Position numbers and translations under genes: made by a program. 64,000 bases of DNA from Squalus acanthias (lineage: Eukaryota). Shown piece after piece: positions 1 through 12,004 of this stretch; position 1 is the first letter of the stretch, and each line of letters opens with the position of its first letter. The notes beneath the pieces are model-generated. The model was not told the origin of the DNA. It made no database searches and was given only the letters and a program-made list of their open reading frames with translations. Location: assembly GCA_030390025.1 (NCBI GenBank), contig CM059438.1:54562001-54626000 (forward strand), in the 5' to 3' direction.

Positions 1-1669
1 GTAGGGATTGTGGATGCATTGGTAATAATTTTCCAAAACTCCCTGGACTCAGCAAAGATCCCGGCAGACTGGAAAACTGCTAATGTAACACCCTTATTTA
101 AAAAGGGCAGTAGACAGAAGGCTGGAAACTATAGACCAGTTAGCCTAACATCTGTGGTAGGTAAAATTTTGGAGTCCATTATTAAGGAGACAGTAACGGG
201 ACATTTGGATAATCATAATTTAATAGGACAAAGTCAGCATGGTTTTGTGAAGGGGAAGTCATGTTTGACAAATTTACTGGAGTTCTTTGAGGAAGTAACA
301 TACAGGGTGGATAAAGGGGAACCAGTGGATGTGGTGTATTTAGACTTCCAAAAGGCATTTGACAAGGTGCCACACAAAAGATTATTGCTTAAGATAAAAA
401 ATCACGGGATTGGGGGTAATATTCTGGCATGGATAGAGGATTGGCTATTTAACAGAAGGCAGAGAGTTGGGATAAATGGTTCATTCTCAGACTGGCAATC
501 AGTAACTAGTGGTGTTCCGCAGGGGTCAGTGCTGGGTCCCCAACTCTTTACAATCTATATTAACGATTTGGAGGAGGGGACCGAGTGTAACATATCAAAG
601 TTTGCAGATGATACTAAGATGGGAGGGAAAGTAGTGAGTGAGGAGGACATAAAAAATCTGCAAGGGGACATAGACAGGCTAAGTAAGTGGGCAGAAATTT
701 GGCAGATGGAATACAATACTGGAAAGTGTGAGGTTATGCACTTTGGCAGGAAAAATAGTAGAGCAAGTTATTATCTTAATGGCAAGAAACTGGAAAGTAC
801 TGAAGTACAAAGGGATCTGGGGGTCCTGGTGCACGAAACTCAAAAGGTTAGTATGCAGGTGCAGCAAGTGATTAAGAAGGCCAATGGAATGTTGGCTTTC
901 ATTGCTAGGGAGATAGAATATAAAAATAGGGAGGTATTGCTTCAGTTGTACAAGGTATTGGTGAGACCGCACCTGGAATACTGCATACAGTTTTGGTGTC
1001 CATACTTAAGAAAAGACATACTTGCTCTCGAGTCAGTACAAAGAAGGTTCACTCGGTTAATCCCGGGGATGAGGGGATGGACATATGAGGAGACGTTGGG
1101 TAGATTGGGACTCTACTCATTGGAGTTCAGAAGAATGAGAGGCGATCTTATTGAAACATATAAGATTGTGAAGGGGTTGGATCGGGTGGATGCAGGGAGG
1201 ATGTTCCCGATGATGGATGAAACTAGAACTAGGGGGCATAGTCTTAGAATAAGGGGCTGCTCTTTCAAAACTGAGATGAGAAGGAACTACTTCACTCAGG
1301 AGGGTGGTAGGTCCATGGAATATGCTGCCCCAAAAAGCTGTAGAAGCTACATCATTACATAAATTTAAAACAGAAATAGACAGTTTCCTAGAAGTAAAGG
1401 GAATTAAGGGTTACAGGGAGCGGGCAGGAATTTAGACATGAGTCTAGGTTCGGATCGGTCATGGCCCTGTGGGTAGCGTAGTGGGCCCAGGGGCCGTGTA
1501 GCCTGATCCTGCTCCTATTTCGTGTGTCCAATTCTGTTAGATTCAGGAGATGGTTCTGTGATAGTAGATTGGTGGTTAGGATCAGATCAGCCATGATCTT
1601 ATTGAATGGCGGAGCAGGCTCGAGGGGCCAATTGGCCTACTCCTGCTCCTATTTCTTATGTTCTTATGT
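1..1669 (+). mobile_element. CR1 LINE, 3' part (RT domain of ORF2 plus 3' UTR); runs off the window start
   Basis: ORF 10-1362 has [34 protein letters not shown] and FADD motifs. It ends in the GGAGCAGG...CCTGCTCC hairpin and a TTCTTATG repeat tail at ~1652-1669. Confidence 0.95.
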
Positions 1670-3787
1670 AGGACACCCTCCATCGTGTTATGTGGCACTA
1701 CCACCATGCTAAATGGGATAGATTCAGAACAGATCTAGCAGCTCAAAACGGGGCATCCATGAGGCGCTGTGGGCCATCAGCAGCAGCAGAATTATATTCC
1801 ACCACAATCTGTAACCTCACGGCCCGACATATCTCTCACTCTGCTATTACCATCATGCTATCGGACCAACCCTGGTTCAATAAGGAGCGCAGAAGAGCAG
1901 CACCAGGCGTACCTAAAAATGAGGTATCAACCTGGGGAAGTTACAACACAGGACTACATGTGGATCAGATCAAAGCTCTGCAGTCCTGCCACATCCAGTC
2001 ATCATTGGTGCTGGACAATTAAACAATAACGGGAGGAGGAGGCTCCACGAATATCCCCATCTTCAATGATCGCGGAGCCCAGCACGTGAGTGTAAAAGAC
2101 AAGGCTGAAGTGTTTGCAACCATCTTCAGCTAGAAGAGCCGAGTGGATGATCCATATCGGCCTCCTCCTGAGGACCCCACCATCACAGAAGCCAGTCTTC
2201 AGCCAATTCGATTCACTCCAGCTGAGTGCACTGGATACAGTAAAGGCCATGGATCCCGGCAACATCCCGGCTGTCGTGCTGAAGACTTGTGCTCCAGAAC
2301 TAGTCGCGCCTCTAGCCAAGCTGTTCCAGTACAGCTACAACAGTGGCATCTATCTGACAATGTGGAAAACTGCCCAGGTATGCCCTGTCCATAAAAAGCA
2401 GGACAAATCCAATCCGGCCAATTACCGCCCCATCAGTCTACTCTCAATCATCAGCAAAATGATGGAAGGTGTCGTTGGCAGCGCTATGAAGCGGCACTTA
2501 CTCACCAATAACCTGCTCACCGATGATCAGTTTGGCTTCCGCCAGGACCACTCAGCTCCAGACCTCATTACAGGCTTGGCCCAAACATGGAAAAAAGAGT
2601 TGAATTCCAGAGGGGAGATGAGAGTGACCGCCCTTGACATCAAGGCAGCATTTGACCGAGTGTGGCATCATGGAGTCCTAGTAAAACTGAAGTCAATGGG
2701 AATCGGGTGGGAAAAGTCTCCACTGGCTGGAGTCATACCTAGCACAAAGAAAGATGGTTGTGGTTGTTGGAGGTCAATCGTCTCAGCACCAGGACATCAC
2801 TGCAGGAGTTCCTCAGGGCAGAGTCCATCTTCAGCTGCTTCATCAATGATCTTCCCTCCATCATAAGGTCAGAAGTGGGGATGTTCGCTGATGACTGCAG
2901 AGTGTTCAGTGCCATTCGCAACTACTCAGATAATGAAGCAGTCCATGCCCGCATGCAGCAAGACTTGCACGACATTCAGGCTTGGGCTGATAAGTGGCAA
3001 GTAACATTTGTGCCACACAAGTGCCAGGCAATGACTATCTCTAACAAGCAAGAGTCTAACCACCGCCCTTGACATTCAATGGCAATACCATTGCCGAATC
3101 CCCCACCATCAACATCCTGGGGGTCACCATTGACCAGCAACTTAACTGGACCAGCCACATAAATACTGTGGCAACAAGAGCAGGTCAGAGACTGGGTATT
3201 CTGCGGCGAGTGACTCACCTTCTGACTCCCTAAAGCCTTTCCACCATCTACAAGGCACAAGTCAGGAGTGTGATGGAATACTTTCCACTTGCCTGGATGA
3301 GTGCGACACCAACAACACTCGAGAAACTCGACACCATCCAGGACAAAGCAAGCCACTTGATTGGCACCCCATCCACCACCTTAAGCATTCACTCCCTCCA
3401 CCACCGGCGCACCGTGGCTGCAATGTGTACCATCTGCAAAATGCACTGCAGCAACTCGCCAAGGCTTCTTCGACAGCACCTCCCAAACCCGTGACCTCTA
3501 CCATCTAGAAGGACAAGGGCAGCAGGCGCATGGGAACACCATCACCTGCAAGTACCCCTCCAAGTTACGCACCATCCTGGCTTGGAAGTATATCGCTGAT
3601 CCTTCATCGTCGCTGGGTCAAAATCCTGGAACTCCCTTCGTAACAGCACTGTGGGAGTACCTTCCCCACACGGACTGCAGCGGTTCAAGGCGGCGGCTCA
3701 GCACCTTCTCAAGGGCAATTAGGGATGGGCAATAAATGCTGGCCTTGCCAGCGATGCCCACATCCCATGAATGAATTAAAAAAAAAA
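1670..3787 (+). mobile_element. Family B non-LTR retrotransposon (CR1/L2 group), 5'-truncated and frameshifted
   Basis: RT motifs YRPISLLS, QFGFRQDHS, ALDIKAAFDRVWH and FADDC lie across several frames. The 3' tail GGGCAATAAATGCTGGCC...CCCACATCCC is followed by an A-run. Confidence 0.9.
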
Positions 3788-4112
3788 TCCATTATATATT
3801 TCAGGCAGTACTGTGAGCACTACAGAATTTTATTTCTGGCCATTCGTGTTCCTAGTGCCGCTCAGGGATTACACACTGTTGGGTGTCCACTAAGTATTAA
3901 GATGCTAGCTGATCTTCTATGGTGTTGCTCAGGACATGATAAAGTGTGAGGTCTGAAGTGTGAGAGGAGAGAAGTTTGAAACCCAGAGGAAATGAGTAAT
4001 GCAAGGGACTTTTTATATGTAATGTTGTGGAAATGTTTTTTTACCGAGAAAGTGTGGAAGTAGAATTAAATAATTAACCTGCGCAAAGGTAGGAGTCGAG
4101 TGTGGAGGGAAG

Positions 4113-6630
4113 AATCATATGGCAAAAGTGTTGATTAGCAACATTTAAATAACCAAATCCAGATTGGTGAGGCAGTGGGTAGTTTTGAAAGTGCCCTGGT
4201 GGTGCAGAATATTCAGCGGTCTAGTATACCAGTGCTAGAGTCGTTCTTCAAAGTGTGTGTGCATCGGCATCCCATGTTGTGCCTGCGGGGTTGGTTTTAC
4301 CCTTTGGCAAGTCTTTTCCAGATATGCTTTAAAAGTCAAGCTTCTGTCCAAGCTTACACCCAACTCCTTCAGAAAGGACCCACTTAAGACCTGTTGGCCA
4401 CAAAGCGTGACATTAAGTGGTTCCTTGGCGGCTTTGTGTTTTAGGTGAAAGGCTTTTTCCAACTATGTGGAGGCGTTGGGACGAAGCTGCCAGTATTGAA
4501 AATATTCTGCCATTAACTTCACCTTGATAGAGAGGGTCTCGCTTATGGTGGTGAAATCTTTCCCTTGTGTCGCAAGGGCGATGATGTCAACATAAATCAA
4601 CTTCCATAAAATTGTGTCAGGTAAGTCACTATTGTCGACATTGAATAATGAAGAAGCCAGCACAGATCTTCGAGGCAGATGATCATTGAGGGTGTGTGCT
4701 GTACTGATCGGCAATGCTATGGCATTTGATGACCCTTGATGTCTTGAGCAATAGCCCATATCTCCATACCACGCTGTAGGCAGTGGATAAGTCTATCAGC
4801 GCTGTTCCCGTTTTCAAATTTCACTGGAAGTCAGCTCAATGCGACTCGTAATGGTGAGAATCTGTTTGTAGCAACTTTGTCCCAGTCTGAAACTAGCTTG
4901 TTCCTTTGGCAGGTCAGCCTCCAAGATGGAGATAGGACAGGCCAGTAAAACTCTCTCCATGAACGATATTGGGCGATAGCTGGCAGTATCATTTGATGGT
5001 TTCCTATTTTTGAGAAGGACTGTGACCATCACCTAATGCTAGCATTTTGGAATCTTCCTCGTCAAATATACGGCAGTAAATATATTTGCCAATCATGCTC
5101 GTTTCTTTAGCCTCAAATTCTTGAGGAATTCGAGATAAATGCTGTCCTTGCCAGCAGCTTTTCGGCTTTTAGTAACCATAAGGGCCTTGTTTATTTTTTC
5201 TACAGTAGATGCAGATGATGATGATGAAATGGTGAGGCTTTGTCAGAAAGTTTAGAAAGAGCTTTTTATTGACATTCTGTCTAGTCAGCTGGTCAGTTTT
5301 GGTCTTTTGATTCATGGAGAAGGTGTGAGGCGATAGCACAAGCCGTTACATTGGGTTCATGGGGATAGAGTTTCTGCTTTGGGCACAATCGGGGATCTAG
5401 GCGCAAATTGCGCCCAAAACTGTGCTAGTTTTGAGAAATAAATTTTTTCCCTCAAGTTTCCGCTCAAACTCACTTGCATATCACAGAATGCAAAATCTGC
5501 CATGAGCCAGCGCAATCAGACAGCGTTCTAAAACGTATTTTTTTAAAAAACATTTGCTTTAAAAATATTCCTTGATATATTTAAGAGTGGTAACTTAGTG
5601 CAGTTTGACAAACACAGCTGAAAATGGGTTTATCACAAAAAATAAGCACTTTTAATCCCAGTGTCAATCCACCACCTGTGAGTCACGTGATTTTAAATTA
5701 CTGAAAATGACTTAAAAAAAATACAGAAGCATTTGCTAGTTATATTGAGGTACAATAGTCAGTTTCTTAGTAAATTAAAGATATATATACAAAAGCTTTT
5801 AAAACATGCCTATTAGTGTCCTTATGCCCAAAGGAACCACCTTAATTTTTGGAGCCTCCTCGAAGGCCCGCAAACGAGCACAATTAGCGGAAATTCCCAA
5901 TGGGGACTGATTTGTCCTGGGGGTGTGGCCGGTTTTGTGGGCAGGGCCAGCTTCTCACGCAATTTTTTAAAACTAGCACAAACGATCGCAGAAACCGGTT
6001 TGCGCTGGATTTGCTGATTTCGGGCAAATTCCGCCAAAAAATACCAGCACAACCAAGCACAAACTCTAGGCCATGGTGTTTTGCTGAGTCAGTGACTCCA
6101 CGTTTATGGAGGAGTGCCCAGACTTTGCAGGTCGAATATGTGAAATCAAAATCCTGCACTGTCTTGATCCATCTCTTCAGGTGGGCAGAATTCAAAGACT
6201 CCAGTAATGCATTTTGCCATGTCTGGATCACCAGTCGTCTCATACTCTGAGGCGTATTTCTGTCTCCAGCTGCAGCATAGATTATATAACTTGTGGTAGC
6301 CGCAGCTCGGCGGCCTTGATATCAAGATGAACAAAGAGGTCATGGTTTTCTTGAATCGTCTTGATACTGTGTGTTTCATCTTCCACTTTGGTATCTATGC
6401 CACCAAGTTGGCTTTGTGGAAATTCAAGTGTGGTTTCACATGGAGCTCCATACCAACATGCAGGAATATTAGGGTGGTGTTGTTTGCAAGAGAAATTTCT
6501 AAGCGCTGTTCGTGGGGTGAAAAAAAAAGGAAAGTGGGTCTCGAGTAGTGGGTGAAACAGGTTTGAGGATTGGAAGGAGAAGGGCAATTTTCAAATGTAA
6601 AGATGAGACTTTCCAAGATTAGTACCATAG
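4113..6630 (-). mobile_element. Decayed Vingi/Ingi-like non-LTR retrotransposon, interrupted by a MITE
   Basis: Minus-strand fragments include LNFHKAN, SYRPIS, LPKEQASFRLGQS, SVLASSLFN, AFHLKHKAAK and LGVSLDRSLTFK. The 3' end GCCATATGAT lies near 4114-4123. The motif style matches Vingi elements as I know them. Confidence 0.7.
5362..6072. mobile_element. PIF/Harbinger-type MITE (711 bp) with 3-bp TSD ATG
   Basis: TIRs are GGGATAGAGTTTCTGCTT and (rc) GGCCTAGAGTTTGTGCTT. ATG flanks both sides (5359-5361, 6073-6075). Excision restores the Vingi frame ...SAKHHEPNVTACAIASHLL. Confidence 0.85.
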
Positions 6631-6734
6631 TATCCGTGAAGCAACAGGTCGGAAGAAAGTTTGTAAAAGGAGAGCGGGAATGGAGCAGTGAAGCTAGGTT
6701 GGAGTACTGGGGCTAATGGGGGAAGGGGGAAGTA

Positions 6735-8979
6735 CATAAGAACATAAGACGTAGGAGCAGGAGTAGGTCATTTGGCCCCTTCAGCCTCCTCTGCCATTCA
6801 ATAAGATCATGGCTGATCTGATCTTGGCCTCAACTCCACTTCCCTGCCCGCTCCCCATAACCCTTGACTCTCTTACCTTTCAAAAATCTGTCCATCTCCA
6901 CCTTAAATATAATCAATGACCCAGCCTCCACAGCTCTCTGGGGAAGAGAATTCCAAAGATTCATGACCCTCTGAGAGAAGAAATTCCTCTTCATTTCCGA
7001 TTTAAAAGGGTGCCCCTTATTCTGAAATTATGCCCCCTAGTTCTAGATTCCCCCACGAGGGAAAACATCCTCTCTGCATCTACCCTGTCAAGCCCCTTCA
7101 GAATCTTATATGTTTCAATAAGATCCCCTCTCAATCTTCTAAACTCCAATGAGTATAGGCCCAAACTGCTCAACCTTTCTTCAAAAGACAACCCCTTCAT
7201 CTCAGGAAATAACCTCGTGAACCTTCTCTGAACTGCCTCCAATGCAAGTATATCCTTCCTTAAATGAGACCAAAACTGTACGCAGTACTCCAGGTGTGGT
7301 CTCACCAACGCCCTGTACAGTTGTAACAGGACTTCCCTACTTTTATACTCCATTCCCTTTGCAATAAAGGCCAACATTCCATTTGCTGTACCTGCATGCT
7401 AACTTTTTGTGATTCATGTACAAGGACCCCCAGATCCCTCTGTACCTCAGCATTTTGTAATCTCTCCCCATTTAAATAATAATTTGCTTTTTTATTTTTC
7501 CTACCAAAGTGGATAACCTTGCATTTTCCCACATTATACTCCATCTGCCAGATTCTGCCCACTCACTTAGCCTATCTATATCCCTTTGGAAATTCTTTGC
7601 ATCTTCCACACAATTTGCTTTCCCACCTATCTTTGTAGAATCAGCAAATCTGGCTACATTACACTCAGTCCCTTCATCCAAGTCATTAATATAGACTGTA
7701 AATAGTTGAGGCCCCAGCACTGATCCCTGCGGCACCCCACTAGTTACTGATTGCCAACCTGAAAATTACCCATTTATCCCGACTCTGTTTTCTGTTAGTT
7801 AGCCAATCCTCTATCCATGCTAATATATTACCCCCAGCCCTGTGAGCTCTTATCTTGTGCAGTAACCTTTTATGTGGCACCTTATCGAATGCCTTCTGGA
7901 AATCCAAATACACGACATCTACTGGTTCCCCTTTATCCACCCTGCTCGTTACATCCTCAAAGAACTCCAGCAAATTTGTCAAACATGATTTCCCTTTCAT
8001 AAAACCATGCTGACTCTGCTTGACTTTATTATGATGTTCTAAATGACCTTATACCACATCCTTAATGATGGACTCCAGCATTTTCCCAATGACAGATGTT
8101 AGGCTAACTGGTCGATAATTGCCTGCTTTCTGTCTCTCTCCTTTCTTAAATAGGGGCATTACATTTGCGGTTTTCCAGTCCACTGGGACCTCTCCAGAAT
8201 CCAGGGAATTTTGGTAGATTACAACCAATGCATCCACGATCTCTGCAGCCACTTCTTTTAAGACTCTAGGATGCAGGCCATCGAGTCCAGGGGACTTGTC
8301 CACCTTTAGTCCCATTAGTTAGCCTAGTACTTTCTCTCTAGTGATAGTGATTGTTTTAAGTTACCCCCCACCCACCCAAATAGCCCCTTGATTATCCATT
8401 ATTGGGATGCTTTTATGTGTCTTCTACCGTGAAGACCAATACAAAATATTTGTTCAAAGTCTCCGCCATTTCCCTGTTTCCCATTATTAATTCCCCAGAC
8501 TCATCCTCTAGGGGACCAATATTTACTTTAGCTGCTCTCTTCCTTTTTATATACCTGTAGAAGCTCTTACTGTCTGTTTTTATATTTCTTGCTAACCTAC
8601 TCTCATAAGCTATCTTCTCTCTCTTTATCATTTTTTTAGTTGTTCTTTGTTGGTTTTTAAAAATTTCCCAATCCTCTGGCCTTTCACTATTCTTCGCAGC
8701 ATTGTGTGCTTTTGTTTTCAATTTGATACCATCCTTTACTTCCTTAGTTAGCCACGGATGGTTTATCCTTCACTTAAGAGTCTTTCTTTCTCACTGGAAT
8801 ATATCTTTGCTGAGAGTTATGAAATATCTCCTTAAATGTTTGCCACTGCTTTTCTACAGTCTTACCCTGTAATATATTTTCCCAGTCCACTTTAACCAAG
8901 TCTGCCTTCATACCTTTGTAATTACCTTTGTTTAAGTTCAGGACACTACTTTGAGACCTAGCTTTCTCACCCTCAAACT
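6735..8979 (-). mobile_element. CR1 LINE, 5'-truncated and frameshifted
   Basis: RT motifs occur in minus-strand ORFs 6991-8721, with the 3' hairpin and tail at 6735-6800. Candidate TSD GAAGTA at 6729-6734 and 8980-8985. Confidence 0.93.
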
Positions 8980-10147
8980 GAAGTAAAGTTGGAATGGGGG
9001 CCAGGAGGTCGAGGCTAAAGGTTTTGAGGCAAAAATGTTTTTGAGAGGCTGTTTTCTATTTTAAATAAAGGGTCAGGGTGCTGGAGGGGAACTGTACATG
9101 ACCAGAGTGAGCAGCAACAAACGCAGTAGATGCAGGAGGGGATGAGACACGACCAGGGGATGTGAAAATAAAGGTCGAGATAGGTTGCAAAGGCCAGTAG
9201 AGGATGCTGGCAGAAGTCAAGGATGCAGCAGAGGAGGGTAGGAGTAGTGGGGGTAAGGTCGACAGGCCATGGGAGACCGAGGTTGTGAAGATCAGTGCAA
9301 GCTGGACGGGACTGGTACAGCTGCGGGCGGTGGGCAGGAGCCTAAAGAGATGAAAATTAATATACATATAAAAATTTTAAAATGCAAATTTAAAAATAAA
9401 ACTTACCTGGAAAGAAGGCAAAAGGAAATGGAAAAACTAGACAGAGCTGAGAAACTTGCGCCAGAAAATTTCAGTGGGATGACTGAAATGCAATGAACGG
9501 TAAGTATAATTGTAACTTAGCAGTGCCACCCATTTAAAATGAGATAAGTTAGCATTACTAAGGTCATAATGTCACAAAACGTGACTAAATCTTGACAACA
9601 GGAAATAGGTGTGACAAGAAATGCTCAAGAATTTTAATTTATTATTGATATAGTGTTTGCACTAGAATCAATTCCCAATGCTGCTGGATCAATATTATAT
9701 ATTTCAGGAAGCAATCAATTTTATTATGTACTAGAAGCCGTCCACTGACATTGTTCACAGTGAATCAGAGATTTTGTAACACAAATTACTCTGAAAGGAC
9801 AGATACTGGCTTGGGAAGAAAAGCATAGAGATAAAAAAGGAACAGACGCTCAGTAAAGACACATGGTCAATGAATAGAGAGGTTTACTTGACTGAAGGCA
9901 GAAGGTTTCTCAGAATGGTTCGTGTGTGAATCACTGATGAAATGCATTAAAAATAAGTTCAGTAGGAAAAAATGTTTTAATTATCTGTGGGAGCCGTGAA
10001 TATTTTATGACAATGAGACCTGGGACCTGAGTAGGGGCCGGCACTGCTACTGAAATACAGATGGGTCCAATAGGGAGCACAAAAAATATTTTTTTTTTGA
10101 GGAAAAACTCAGATTTCAAAACATACAGGACTATATACTGTATTAAA

Positions 10148-10983
10148 AATGAAGCAGTCCGTGCCCGCATGCAGCAAGACCTGGACGACATTCAGGCAAG
10201 TAACATTCGCGCCACACAAGTGCCAGGCAATGACCATCTCTAACAACAGAAAGCCGAACCACCGCGCCCCCCCCCCCCCCCTTGATATTAAATGGCAGTA
10301 CCGTCATCAAAACCCCACCATCAACATCCTGGGGGTCACCATTAACCAGAAACTTAACTGGACCAGCCACATAAATACTGTGCCTGCAAGAGCAGGTCAG
10401 AGACTGGGAATTCTGCAGCGAGTGACTCACCAAAGCCTTTCCACCATCTACAAGGCACAAGTAAGGAGTGTGATGGAATACTTTCCACTTGGCTGGATGA
10501 GTGCAGCTCCAACAACATTCAAGAAGCTCAACACCATCCAGGACAAGCAGCCCGCTTGATTGGCACCTCATCCACCACCTTAAACATTCACTCCCTCCAC
10601 CACTGGCACACTGTGGCTGCAGTGTGTACCATCTACAAGATGCACTGCAGCAACTCGTCAAGGCTTCTTCGGCAGCACCTCCTAAACCCACAAAATCTAC
10701 CACCTAGAAGGACAAGGGCAGCAGGCACATGGTAACACCACCACCTCCAAGTTCCCCTCCAAGTTACACACCATCCTGACTTGGAAATATAACGCCGATC
10801 CTTCATCGTTGCTGGGTCAAAATCCTGGAACTCGCTGCCTAACAGCACTGTGGGAGTACCTTCACTACACGGACTGCAGCGGTTCAAGAAGGCGGCTCAC
10901 CACCACCTCCTCAAGGGCAATTAGGGATGGGCAATAAATGCTCCTTGCTAGTGACACCCACACCCGGTGAATTAAGAAAAAAA
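10148..10983 (+). mobile_element. Family B LINE 3' fragment
   Basis: Same C-terminal peptide as 2930-3787 (INILGVTI, MEYFPLGWMSAAPT) and the same GGGCAATAAATGC tail. Confidence 0.9.
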
Positions 10984-12004
10984 TATTAAAAGAAGCTTTT
11001 CAAAGCTGTGGGCAGCATTAGTGAGTGAGGTGGAGCGGGCTGGAAAAACAAGCCACAGAAGTAATAAAAGAGTATTTTAAGCAGCATAAATTATAAATTT
11101 GATATGCAACGATGGAAAGGAGGTGGGAAAAAAATTAAAAACCCAGAGAAAAGTTTCAAACTCACAAAACATTTAAATAATTTAGAAAAATGAACTGCTT
11201 ACCTGGCAGAAGGTTAAACAAAGATAGCGCAGAGTTTGGCTTCAGGGGGACGGGAGGTGGGGTGTGGGCTAGAGAGAATTGCTCCACAGCACCACCTGGA
11301 GGCCTGACCCTAAAACTATACGCGGACCCAAAGCAGGATTTGTAGCCAGAAGGATACTCTCTCTCTTTCTATATCTCAGTAAAATAGCTGTTGTCATGTG
11401 ACGGGCAATGTACAACACCTCTACAATGAATGTCCTAGCACAGCACCACCTTCAGGCAATGATAAGGCCACAGACAATACCAAAAATATGCACACTTTTA
11501 TAATGGGACTTCTCATAGGAAGTGGTTTACATAGGAACTTTCAACAGAATAAGTGTACCGAATTTAATAGAATACAGATATAACTCGGCTACTTTTATCA
11601 AAATGAAATTATAAAAAAATATATATCGACCTTCTGATAGATTGGGTAGGGCTGGTGGATTTGGTTCAGAAACTGGGAGTTAGGGCCAGGAGGACCAAGG
11701 CTGGAAGTCCATTCTGTGGATAGAATGAGCTAATCAGAGGAAAGTTAAAAGAAAATTGCCCAAATTAGAATAAATTTGGGAATAATTATGATAAACATGG
11801 CTATAATTAAGAGTGGTGGGAAGTGTGTTACAGGAAGTGCTCGCTATGTCATACTTTTAATATATTACTGGTGAATCATTTTTTTTTAGATTACTTCTCT
11901 GTGGTCTGCTGTGGCTCTCGAGAAAGTGGGAAAAATGTGCCTAGATTATAATAAATTTTGCCTGTGATTAAGAGCAATACAAAAATGCAACAGGAATTGT
12001 GTGA

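Noticed and set aside
9407..9485. TSPAN15 exon 3 upstream of the strong donor at 9406
   Set aside because: No frame resembles TM3 of TSPAN15, and the phase-0 frame contains a stop.
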